A DNA stretch of 64,000 bases from Candidatus Azotimanducaceae bacterium (lineage in GTDB: Bacteria; Pseudomonadota; Gammaproteobacteria; Pseudomonadales; Azotimanducaceae), in the NCBI GenBank assembly GCA_965206615.1, contig CBDBKI010000005.1, positions 2,387,318-2,451,317 of the forward strand. The letters run 5' to 3'. Below, piece after piece: positions 9,812 through 17,980 of the stretch (position 1 is its first letter; each line of letters opens with the position of its first letter). The translations under genes and the position numbers were made by a program. The notes beneath the pieces were generated by a model, which ran no database searches, was not told where the DNA came from, and worked only from the letters and a program-made list of their open reading frames with translations.

Positions 9812-10333
9812 ACCGGCGAACCCTTTACGATCGAGTTCGTCTTCCATTTCCCGAGCGTGTTGCGTCAAGAAACGCCGCTAATGGGTATGCTCAACATGAT
9901 TGGTATCGAGACGACGGCGCGTGCTCTGGAGTTCTCCAATTGGGTCTACCGCGTGCGCAACGCAGTATTCGACGGTACAGCTCTGGCGTTCTTCCCGCCC
10001 AATATGCCGGGGATACAGCTGCGCAATCATTTCGGCTCGGCCGCGGCGCGTTCGACCGGCAGCCAGAATTTCGGCCGGGTTCAAGATCCCGCCGTTGACG
10101 CGATGATCGAGCACGTGATGGCGGCGCGGACGGCGGAAGACTTTTTCGCGGCGATTCATGCCTTGGATCGGATCCTCTTGTGGAATTTCTATCGGATTCC
10201 GGGCTCGGGCTCACCGGGAGACCGGCTAGTGCATTGGGACAAGTTCGGCATCCCGGATTACGACAAGCCTTTGCTCCAGCTCTGGTTCGACACCTGGTGG
10301 TGGGACGAAGTGAAAGCCGAGCGCGTCCGCTAG
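9812..10333 (+). pseudogene. C-terminal fragment of a family-5 (YejA-like) ABC substrate-binding protein
   Basis: Only the last ~170 residues are present (...GSQNFGRVQDPAVDAMIEHV...ALDRILLWNFYRIPG...HWDKFGIP). It abuts the IS91 remnant. Confidence 0.7.
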
Positions 10334-10422
10334 GCATGGCGGACCTGACCGGAAGGTAAGTTCGATACGACACTTTCCGCGGCAACGTGGCCGTGCGGAC
10401 AGGACGACGGAAGTCACACTGA

Positions 10423-10556
10423 CACGGGGCTTGGGATCTTCTAAAGCTCTTCTTCGGGGATGATGACATCAAGGCCCGGCGCGTGGCTTACATGCAAGCC
10501 GCGCGTGAGCTGCACGAGTCCCTGCCGGACGATGACGAAGTGGCGGCATTTTACGC
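10423..10556 (+). pseudogene. 3' gene fragment interrupted by IS copy 2; its last 11 codons lie at 5194-5227
   Basis: GC3-biased frame reading ...DDDIKARRVAYMQAARELHESLPDDDEVAAFYA runs into the IS end. Joining it to the right flank of copy 1 gives ...AFYALSLDRGA-TAA. I cannot assign a family. Confidence 0.45.
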
Positions 10557-10646
10557 CAGCAGTTCTCATTTTAGCGATTGACTCATTTTGGTTTCGGGAT
10601 TCTCCGGGGTTTGTGATTCGGCGGTTGGTGTGGGCCTGCGGGGGCG

Positions 10647-11936
10647 TCAGGGTGGTTGCGCGGCGGGGCCGCCGGTGGCCAGCAGGACCATGAGGGCGTT
10701 CCAGGAGGGGAACACCTGGTATTCGGTGACGGTGCGCAGGTGCTCGAACAGGCGGCGCCGGGTGCCGAGGCGTTGCCGGGCCCGCTGCCATTGGGCTTCG
10801 ACGAGTTCGCAGGCGGTGTGCAGGGTGAAGGCGAGCAGGTTGAGGACGACGAGCACGGCGGCGAGGGTGTTCTTGCCGTGGCCGAAGTTGTGTTCGAGGT
10901 GATAGCCGTGCTGCTTGAGGACGTTGAAGGTCTCGTTCTCGATCTTCCAGCGGGCGCGGGCGCAGTCGGCGAGTTCGGCGACGTTGCCGCGGTCGACGTC
11001 GAGGCTGGTGACGAAGGCGCCGCGGTAGGTGACGGTGCCGTCGGGTCGGGCGCTGGTGATCTCCAGCCAGTTGACGCGCAGGGCGTCGTCGCCGTCGCGG
11101 ATGGGCAGGTCGGTCATCCAGCGGTAGCGGTGGATGCGGCGCTTCGCGCCGCGTCCCGCGGTGCGGCGGCGCGTGGGCGGGCGGATGCCGTCGAGGTACT
11201 CGTAGAGGGTCTTGTGGCTGGCCGGCTTGGCGGTGAGCAGGAAGTCGCCGCCGGCGTCGAGCATGGCCCGGCAGACGGGCTGGCAGGCGTACAGGTCGTC
11301 GCCGAGGTAGACCGGCCGCAGGGCGGCGCAGCGCGGGCCGTGGCGCGCCAGCCAGCGCTTGACGGCCTGCCGTTCGCAGTCCTGCTTGACGGCGCCGTCC
11401 TGGGGCCGCACGAACTCCGGCGGCAGCGGCAGCGACTGCGCCCGGCCCGGTGCCACGACGTTGGCGGCCAGCATCTGGTGGAAGTGCTCGGTGCCGCCGT
11501 CGGCGCGCTTGCGGGTCGAGCAGTGGTCGCAGCGCAGCTTGCGCGAGCGGAAGAACTCGGTGCCGTCCAGGGCGACCAGCGTGCGGCCGTCGAGGCGGCG
11601 CATGGGCGCGAGGCCGCCGCACGCGTCGAGGTCCTCGACGAGCGCGTGGAACGCGTCGTCGAAGTGCGTCGTCGGCACGCCGTCGAGCAGCTGCCGGATG
11701 TGGTTGTCGCAGGGGATGCGGGCCAGCCCGAACAGGGTGTGCGCGTTGGACCGCGTGCGGCCCTCGGCCAGCGCGCGCTGGTGCGCCAGGAACGACGGCG
11801 ACTGCATGAGGAACACCGACAGCGCCGCCATGCCGATGTCGGCCATGGCGTAGCGCCGGTTGCGTCCGCGGCGCGGGTCCGGCATCCCGGCGAAGCCGGC
11901 CCGCAGCCGGTCGAGTTGGCGCGCGAGGTGCTTCAC
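10647..11936 (-). CDS. IS4-superfamily DDE transposase (ISKra4-like)
   Basis: The start is taken as the GTG that overlaps the methyltransferase stop (GTGA, 11933-11936). The N-terminus FAGMPDPRRGRNRRYAMADIGMAALSVFLMQSPSFL and the C-terminal ARWKIENETFNVLK (YREK-type motif) fit this family. The 639-aa ORF in the track is an upstream extension into the methylase gene. Confidence 0.8.
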   Translation of the reverse strand: MKHLARQLDRLRAGFAGMPDPRRGRNRRYAMADIGMAALSVFLMQSPSFLAHQRALAEGRTRSNAHTLFGLARIPCDNHIRQLLDGVPTTHFDDAFHALVEDLDACGGLAPMRRLDGRTLVALDGTEFFRSRKLRCDHCSTRKRADGGTEHFHQMLAANVVAPGRAQSLPLPPEFVRPQDGAVKQDCERQAVKRWLARHGPRCAALRPVYLGDDLYACQPVCRAMLDAGGDFLLTAKPASHKTLYEYLDGIRPPTRRRTAGRGAKRRIHRYRWMTDLPIRDGDDALRVNWLEITSARPDGTVTYRGAFVTSLDVDRGNVAELADCARARWKIENETFNVLKQHGYHLEHNFGHGKNTLAAVLVVLNLLAFTLHTACELVEAQWQRARQRLGTRRRLFEHLRTVTEYQVFPSWNALMVLLATGGPAAQPP

Positions 11937-12619
11937 GGCGGCGGCCGCGTCTCCACCGCCATGATCGCGGCCAGCACCGCCAGGCGCTCCGCTGGCGGCA
12001 TCGCCCGGTAGCGTCGGCCCCAGCTCGCCGCCTTGCGCTTGACCGTCTGCCGGTGCGTGAAGTCGCGCCCGGCGCAGCGCGCCCAGTGCACCCGGTCCGG
12101 CGCGAAGTTGAACCACACCTTCTCGGTGACCACCCCCGCCCGGTTCATCACCTGCAGCGACACGCTGCGCCAGCCGCGCAGCAACCCGTCGTAGAGCGCC
12201 GACGGATACCCCGACACCATCACCGCGCAGGGCAGCCCCGCGAGCAGCCCGAGCAGCGCCGCGTGGTCGGCGTCCTCGTAGTCGTGCCGGTAGCGGCGCG
12301 ACGACTTGCGCGCGCCGCGCAGGTACGGCGGATCGCTGTACACCAGCTCCGATCCGTCGAACGCGAAGTCGGCCAGAAAGCCGTGGCAGTCTGCGTTGAC
12401 CAGCTCCACCGGATAGCCGCACTCGAACCGCGACAGCGCCCGGCCGTCCAGGTCGATCCCGATGTTGCGCAGCGCCGCCGGCTTGCGCCTCATCACCGCG
12501 CCGCCGCCCAGGTGCGTCTCGATGTACACCGCGTGCGGCGGCATCAGCGCAATCAGCGCCTGGCACAGCCCCGACGTCGCCTTCGATCCGAACCAGGGGT
12601 GTCCCATGGCCCGCACCAT
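11933..12619 (-). CDS. D12-class (Dam-like) N6-adenine DNA methyltransferase, IS cargo
   Basis: Motifs present: HPWFGSKATS, YIETHLGGGAV and VYSDPPYL. The true start may be the second ATG at 12607 (MGHPWFGSK), because the first ATG lies inside the predicted -10 box. Confidence 0.85.
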   Translation of the reverse strand: MVRAMGHPWFGSKATSGLCQALIALMPPHAVYIETHLGGGAVMRRKPAALRNIGIDLDGRALSRFECGYPVELVNADCHGFLADFAFDGSELVYSDPPYLRGARKSSRRYRHDYEDADHAALLGLLAGLPCAVMVSGYPSALYDGLLRGWRSVSLQVMNRAGVVTEKVWFNFAPDRVHWARCAGRDFTHRQTVKRKAASWGRRYRAMPPAERLAVLAAIMAVETRPPP

Positions 12620-12643
12620 AGGCGCGCCGCCCTATGTTGTCAA
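12615..12643 (-). promoter_or_regulatory. Candidate sigma70 promoter of the IS operon (same motif at 5102-5130 in copy 1)
   Basis: On the minus strand: TTGACA (12643-12638), 17-nt spacer, TATGGT (12620-12615). The ATG at 12607 follows 7 nt later, which would imply a leaderless or near-leaderless transcript. Confidence 0.45.
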
Positions 12644-12832
12644 GCCTCCTTCAAAACCGCCGATCCGTCGTCCCACCGCACCGATGCGGCAAAATGAGAA
12701 CTGCTGCATCTGCCCCTTGAGAGTTGACAAAGCGGCGGCAACCCCGTAAACAGTCGGTCCGCCGCCTCTCGGGCGGCAATGGAGAGAACATTAAACGGCT
12801 GCTCGCAAGGGGCGGCGGAGAGGGTACCTAAC

Positions 12833-15800
12833 ATGATCGATCTTCGGATGGTCCGTGGCGCGGCTGCGCTTGGACTGACCTCCTTGATATTGGCTACGCC
12901 GATGGCGTATGCCGACGACGACGACTCGTCCGAGCAGCGCCGGATCGAGGAGATGGTCATCTACGGCGAACGCATCGAGTCGACCGTGTCCGACACCTCC
13001 ATCGCCATCACGGCGCTGGACGAGGACTTCCTCAAGGACATGGGGATGCAGGGTCCGAACGAGATGGTGAACTTCATCCCGGCCACGACCCGTACGGACT
13101 GGGACATCAAGATCCGCGGCATCGGACGGAACTTCCGCGGCCTCGGTGGCGACCCGGGCGTCGGCACCTACTACAACGGCATCTATTCGCCGGACTTCGG
13201 CATCGCCGCCACCGAGGGCGGCCTGTACGACATCCGCCGGATCGAAGTGCTGCGCGGACCCCAGGGCACCCTCTACGGGCGCAACTCCATCGGCGGCGTC
13301 GTCAACTACGTCACGAACCAGCCCAACCACGAGGGGTTCGAGGCGAACGTCCGCGCCATGCTCGGCGAGTACAACACCAACGAATGGTTCGGGCTCGTGA
13401 GCGGACCGATCACCGACAACCTCGCCTATCGGATGACCGGCGTGAAGCGTCTGCGCGGCCCGGCCGTCGACGGCCTCGCGGGTTCCGAGGATATCGAGGA
13501 TCTGAACGACCAGAACTTCGCGCTCATCCTCGAGTGGACGCCGGTCGACAGCATGACCGTCAACCTGCGCGTCAACGACCGGCGCGCCTACAGCAAGCGC
13601 AACTTCGGCAACGGTGGCCATGGCATCGCCGGGGAAGGACCCTGCATAGGACAACATCCCATCAACTCCGACAGCGCCTGCGACCCGCGCTACCGCGTGT
13701 CGCGGGACACGAACCACTACGCGACCGGCTTCCGTCCCGTGGACCAGGCGTGGGCGGACAAGTACGGGGATCTCGCCGACGACCCGCGTGGCGCGGTGGC
13801 CTGGATTCATCCAACCACGGGCGAGAGGTTCTACGGGTCGTACAACCGGCCTGGCGTTGACGACACCAGCGTGCGTTGGCCGTTCATGCCGTCGCAGAAC
13901 TACAACTCGGCCTCCGTTGCGCGTTACGACATCGGGAGCGCGGACGCGCCCGACATCGTGGGCCTGACCACGGGCGACAACCGCGAGGAATTCGACCACC
14001 AGCAGGGTTCTCTCGTGGTCGACTGGGACATCAGCGACAGGCTCTCGCTGAAATATCTCGGGTCGTACAACAGCTTTGCGTACTGGTTCAACCGGGACAA
14101 CAGCTTTTCCGACAGCCACGTCTCGGACATCGACGACACCGTCATCGAGCAGGTGGAGAGCTACTCGCACGAGCTGCGGCTCTTCTGGGAAGTGGGCGAC
14201 CGCTTCACGGCTACCTCGGGGGTCTACCAGTTCTGGGAGTCCCGCGACCAGTGGTACGGAATCCGCGAACGCGGCGGACAAGGCCGCGCGCAGAACGGGG
14301 CGATCTACGGACCTGACGGCTTCGAGGAGTGGGTACTCCGGGGAACGGAGGTCGTCGGCTGGGTCATGCCGGAGTGTATCGGTGTGGGCGTCGGCGGCTC
14401 GGCAGCCGGCGGGGATCTCACCCTGAACGATGGTGCGCACCCGGGCTACGGCAAGTATTGCGGGGACGCGGGCAAACCGTACAGCCAGAGCGTGAGGACA
14501 GGGGATACGGGTGGCCTGTACGAGCACCGTAACCTGGTCGACAACGAGAACCTGGCCTTCTATACCCAGGGCGACGTGCGCCTGACGGATACCTTCAGCG
14601 TCACCCTGGGCGCCAGGTATTCGAAGGACTGGCGTGACGCCCTGGAGGCACGGGGCGGGTACTCCGAGATCGAGGTCTACAACAAGCCGTGGCTGCCATG
14701 GGCGCTTTCCACGGCGTGCTCGCTCAACCCGGATCAGTGCCCCGAGGACCCGCTGGCGTTCTTCGCGCCCGGCGTGACCCCCCTCGCGGCCCTCAACGTC
14801 GCGTTGGGCGCGGCCACCTTCACGGGGGATCCGGACTTCCCGATCGAGCCGGTCTGCAACCTCGATGCCTTCTCGTGCGATCGCCCGCTGCGGCTGCGCG
14901 GGATTCCCATCGGCTGGGGCCACCGCACGACGGGGACCTACAAGCAGGACGGGGACCTCACCTGGCGCGTGAACTTCAACTGGGAGCCGAGCGGGGACAT
15001 CCTGGTCTACTTGGGCGCCACGTCCGGCTACCGCGCCGGCGGATTCAACCTCGGCCGCCCGGAAGGGCGCGTCACGGTCGACACGACGGGTGACGGCGTT
15101 GCCAACGCGCGCGCGCTCGGCCAGTACGGGGACGAGAACCTGGTCGCCTACGAACTGGGCTACAAGGGCACGCACCTCGACGGCACGCTGCAGTTGAACG
15201 TGGCTGTGTACTACTACGCCTACGAGAACTACCAGACGAACGTGTCGACGTGGGAGTCCGAGAGCGGGGACTTTGCGCTGCCGAGCGTCACGCTGCCGGA
15301 TGGCGGCACGCTAGCCGCGCCCGGTGGACGGGGGCCGGTCGACATCACCACCAACATCCCGGAGTCGTACAACCGCGGATTCGAGATCGACGGGACCTAC
15401 CTGGTGACCGACAGCTTCACGGTCGGTGGCAACTACAGCTACACCGAAAGCGTGTTCGACTCGCCCTACACGTTCTTCAACGAGAACGACCCCCGCTACC
15501 CGCGGGAGATTCTCGGGGGCGACCTGAACCAGGACCCGTGCACGCTGCCGGAGGAGATCAAGGTGCTCTACTGCATCGAGATCGAGGGCGCGGAGCTGAC
15601 CGGGATTCCGAAGCACAAGGCGACCGTCTGGGCCGCTTACACGTGGAACCGCCCGAACGGTTCGTGGACCTGGTACAACTCCCTCGCCTACACGGGGGAC
15701 TACGCCACCACGCCGTTCCACCGTCCGTGGGACCTCGTCCCGGACCGGGAGCGCTGGGACATGCGCGTGACCTTCCGCGAGGCCAGCGGACGCTGGTCCG

Positions 15801-15964
15801 CCTCGGCCTTCGTCGACAACGTGCTCGACAAGACCTACATCCGGCACTCCGACATGGAGAACCGGCGCACGGGCTACGGGGCGAACTGGCCGCAACGGAT
15901 CGTCTCGCTCTACCCGCGCTACTGGGGCTTCGAGTTCGAGTACAACATGGGGGCGTATCGGTAA
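12833..15964 (+). CDS. TonB-dependent receptor (large, ~1040 aa)
   Basis: It has a signal peptide (MIDLRMVRGAAALGLTSLILATPMAYA), a TonB box/plug (EEMVIYGERIE, RIEVLRGPQGTLYGRNSIGGVVNY), a barrel and a terminal NMGAYR. GGAGAGGG lies upstream of ATG 12833. The ORF in the track starts 18 codons earlier at 12779. Confidence 0.9.
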   Translation: MIDLRMVRGAAALGLTSLILATPMAYADDDDSSEQRRIEEMVIYGERIESTVSDTSIAITALDEDFLKDMGMQGPNEMVNFIPATTRTDWDIKIRGIGRNFRGLGGDPGVGTYYNGIYSPDFGIAATEGGLYDIRRIEVLRGPQGTLYGRNSIGGVVNYVTNQPNHEGFEANVRAMLGEYNTNEWFGLVSGPITDNLAYRMTGVKRLRGPAVDGLAGSEDIEDLNDQNFALILEWTPVDSMTVNLRVNDRRAYSKRNFGNGGHGIAGEGPCIGQHPINSDSACDPRYRVSRDTNHYATGFRPVDQAWADKYGDLADDPRGAVAWIHPTTGERFYGSYNRPGVDDTSVRWPFMPSQNYNSASVARYDIGSADAPDIVGLTTGDNREEFDHQQGSLVVDWDISDRLSLKYLGSYNSFAYWFNRDNSFSDSHVSDIDDTVIEQVESYSHELRLFWEVGDRFTATSGVYQFWESRDQWYGIRERGGQGRAQNGAIYGPDGFEEWVLRGTEVVGWVMPECIGVGVGGSAAGGDLTLNDGAHPGYGKYCGDAGKPYSQSVRTGDTGGLYEHRNLVDNENLAFYTQGDVRLTDTFSVTLGARYSKDWRDALEARGGYSEIEVYNKPWLPWALSTACSLNPDQCPEDPLAFFAPGVTPLAALNVALGAATFTGDPDFPIEPVCNLDAFSCDRPLRLRGIPIGWGHRTTGTYKQDGDLTWRVNFNWEPSGDILVYLGATSGYRAGGFNLGRPEGRVTVDTTGDGVANARALGQYGDENLVAYELGYKGTHLDGTLQLNVAVYYYAYENYQTNVSTWESESGDFALPSVTLPDGGTLAAPGGRGPVDITTNIPESYNRGFEIDGTYLVTDSFTVGGNYSYTESVFDSPYTFFNENDPRYPREILGGDLNQDPCTLPEEIKVLYCIEIEGAELTGIPKHKATVWAAYTWNRPNGSWTWYNSLAYTGDYATTPFHRPWDLVPDRERWDMRVTFREASGRWSASAFVDNVLDKTYIRHSDMENRRTGYGANWPQRIVSLYPRYWGFEFEYNMGAYR

Positions 15965-16004
15965 CCCCGGTCGGGTGGGGATTCCCTCGCCACCGTCATG
16001 CAAA

Positions 16005-16030
16005 GGGGCGCCTCGGCGCCCCTTTTTTTT
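16005..16030 (+). terminator. Rho-independent terminator of the TBDR gene
   Basis: GGGGCGCC..GGCGCCCC palindrome followed by T8. The T8 run is the IS1595 target duplication. Confidence 0.65.
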
Positions 16031-16168
16031 GGGAATTATATACTTTACTCCCAAAGAAATTCTATACTTCCCCCATTGAATCAACGGCTTGTATGCAATG
16101 GACGACCACGTAACCGTCGTAAGCGTTCGGTAGCCGTGTGATGCGGGAGGCTGGACACATCCGGCGGA

Positions 16169-17980
16169 TTGGTGTATACCGGCGGCATGACTGTCGGGTT
16201 CGAAATGGCGCGTTTGGAAGGGTCGTTGCCGCGGGGCGGGGCGGCGGCGGAGCCGAGCGGCGGGTCGTGCGCGGGATGCTCGGCGTTGCGGGAGGAGTTG
16301 TCGAGGCTTCGGCGGGAAGGCATTGAAGCGCGTTGGGCGGCGAACTATTGGAGGTCGATGCACGGTCGGGCGCGGGCGCGGGAACGGCTGGCGCGGGCGG
16401 AATTGGAGCGGTCGCGGTCGGCCTCGACGGCGCGGGAGTTGGAGCGGACGGCGAGCGGCTTGCGCCACGCGTGCGCGAAGCTGCGGTCGCGGGTCGAGGA
16501 ACTGGAGAACGGCAACGACCGCCTTCGGGCGCGCAACCGCCGGTTGACGAAGGAGCGCTACGGTCGGCGAAGCGAACGGCGGCGGGGGGCGCGCGGAAGC
16601 GTGCGCGGCGCGGCGTCGCGCACGGGACGGTCACGGGGTCGGCAAGCCGGCACGGCGTCGCACGGGCGCACGCCGCGCGCGGCGCTGGCGGCGGTGGAGG
16701 AGACGCTGGAGCCGTCGGAGCGGAGTTGTCCGCGCTGCGGTCGGGCGTATGTGGCGAACGGCGCGACGACGACGGAGCTGATCGAGGTGGAGGTGCGCGC
16801 GCATGTGCGCCGCGTGCGTCGGGTTCGGCGGCGCGCGGCGTGCGCGTGTGCGCCGCGGCGCGAGACGTTGGGCCCGGCGGCGCCGCGGCTGTTCCCGAAC
16901 ACGCCGTACGGGGTGAGCGTCTGGGCGCTGTTCCTGCTGGAGAAGTACGCGCACCACCGGCCGTTGCGGGCGGTGTCGCGGATGCTGTCGGCGCACGGCC
17001 TCGACATCGCGCCCGGCACCTTGGCGGACAGCCTGCCCCGGTTCGCGCCGCTGTTCGCGCCGCTGTCGGTGGCGATCGCCGAGCGGCAGGCGGCGGCGCG
17101 GGTGGCGCACGGCGACGAGACGAGTTGGACGGTGCACGCGCGCGGCGAGCGCGGCGACAGTCCGCGCTGCTGGCTGTGGGTATGCCTGACGGCGGACGCG
17201 GTGCGCCTGCGCGTCGATCCGTCGCGCGGCGCGGCGGCGGCGCGGGAGTTGTTCGCCGGCCTCGGGGCCGAGGCGCCGGTGCACTTGGTCTGCGACCGCT
17301 ACGCGGTCTACGCCAAGCTGGCGCGGGAGGAGCCGAAGCGGTTCGTGCGCGCCCTCTGCTGGGCGCACGCCCGGCGCGACTTCATCGACGCGAGCGTCGG
17401 CCGCCCGCGGCTCGAGAAGTGGTGCGCGCGCTGGCTGGAACGCATCGCGGCGCTGTACCGCCGCAACGCGGAGCGGGCGCGGCGCCGGGACCGCGCCGTG
17501 CCGATCGAGAAACAGAGCGTGGCCTTCGCGCGGGCGCAACGGCGCCTGCAGCGCGGCGCCGACGCCCTGTTCGAGCGGGCGCGGCGGGAACTCGCCACGC
17601 TGCCGGACGGCGCGCCGCAAGGCCAGCCGCTGCGTGCGCTGGAGCGCCACCGCGACGGCTTGACGGCGTTCTTGCGCGACCCGGCGGTGCCGATGGACAA
17701 CAACGCCGCCGAGCGCGCCCTACGCGGCGCGGCGATCGGCCGCAAGCTGTCGTTCGGCTCGCACAGCGAAACCGGCGCGGAACTGGCCGGCCATCTCTAC
17801 TCGGTGTTCGGCACGCTCGCGCTGGCCGGCCTGCGGCCCTATCCCTGGCTCATGGACTACCTGCGGGCGTGCGCCGCGTCGGGCGGCCGGCCGCCAGCGG
17901 ACGCCCGCGCCTGGCTGCCCTGGGGAATGGACGACAGCGGCGCGCGCCGCTGGCGCGGCCGCCCCGCGCAAGGCCCGTGA
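16169..17980 (+). CDS. IS66 family transposase (TnpC-type)
   Basis: N-terminal coiled coil, zinc finger CPRCGRAY, and DDE-region motifs HGDETSW, CWAHARRDF, PMDNNAAERALRG. The exact start is uncertain (alternative Met residues at 16187 and 16205). Confidence 0.85.
   Translation: MVYTGGMTVGFEMARLEGSLPRGGAAAEPSGGSCAGCSALREELSRLRREGIEARWAANYWRSMHGRARARERLARAELERSRSASTARELERTASGLRHACAKLRSRVEELENGNDRLRARNRRLTKERYGRRSERRRGARGSVRGAASRTGRSRGRQAGTASHGRTPRAALAAVEETLEPSERSCPRCGRAYVANGATTTELIEVEVRAHVRRVRRVRRRAACACAPRRETLGPAAPRLFPNTPYGVSVWALFLLEKYAHHRPLRAVSRMLSAHGLDIAPGTLADSLPRFAPLFAPLSVAIAERQAAARVAHGDETSWTVHARGERGDSPRCWLWVCLTADAVRLRVDPSRGAAAARELFAGLGAEAPVHLVCDRYAVYAKLAREEPKRFVRALCWAHARRDFIDASVGRPRLEKWCARWLERIAALYRRNAERARRRDRAVPIEKQSVAFARAQRRLQRGADALFERARRELATLPDGAPQGQPLRALERHRDGLTAFLRDPAVPMDNNAAERALRGAAIGRKLSFGSHSETGAELAGHLYSVFGTLALAGLRPYPWLMDYLRACAASGGRPPADARAWLPWGMDDSGARRWRGRPAQGP

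Larger units (their letters stand above)
3347..12706. mobile_element. Composite / cointegrate-type unit bounded by two direct ISKra4-like copies
   Basis: The outer 9-bp direct repeat CATCTGCCC lies at 3338-3346 and 12707-12715. The inner flanks are both ATTTTACGC, at 5194-5202 and 10548-10556. Confidence 0.6.
10557..12706 (-). mobile_element. IS4-superfamily (ISKra4-like) element, copy 2, full length, with methyltransferase cargo
   Basis: 16-bp perfect IRs CAGCAGTTCTCATTTT at 10557-10572 and 12691-12706. Two coupled genes fill the element. The family name rests on my recollection of the RWKIENETFNxLK..GYxLEHNFGHG signature. Confidence 0.85.

Noticed and set aside
11933-12619. Whether the IS-borne methyltransferase is half of a type II restriction-modification system.
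   Set aside because: The element is fully occupied by the methylase and the transposase. I found no endonuclease-like ORF inside the IRs or adjacent to either copy. It is treated as an orphan or cargo methylase.
16333-17976. Upstream 548 codons of the 837-aa ORF that ends as the DUF4338 protein.
   Set aside because: This part overlaps the IS66 transposase in another frame and is low-complexity (GAGAGG/RRR runs). The DUF4338 homology begins at the GTG that overlaps the transposase stop.
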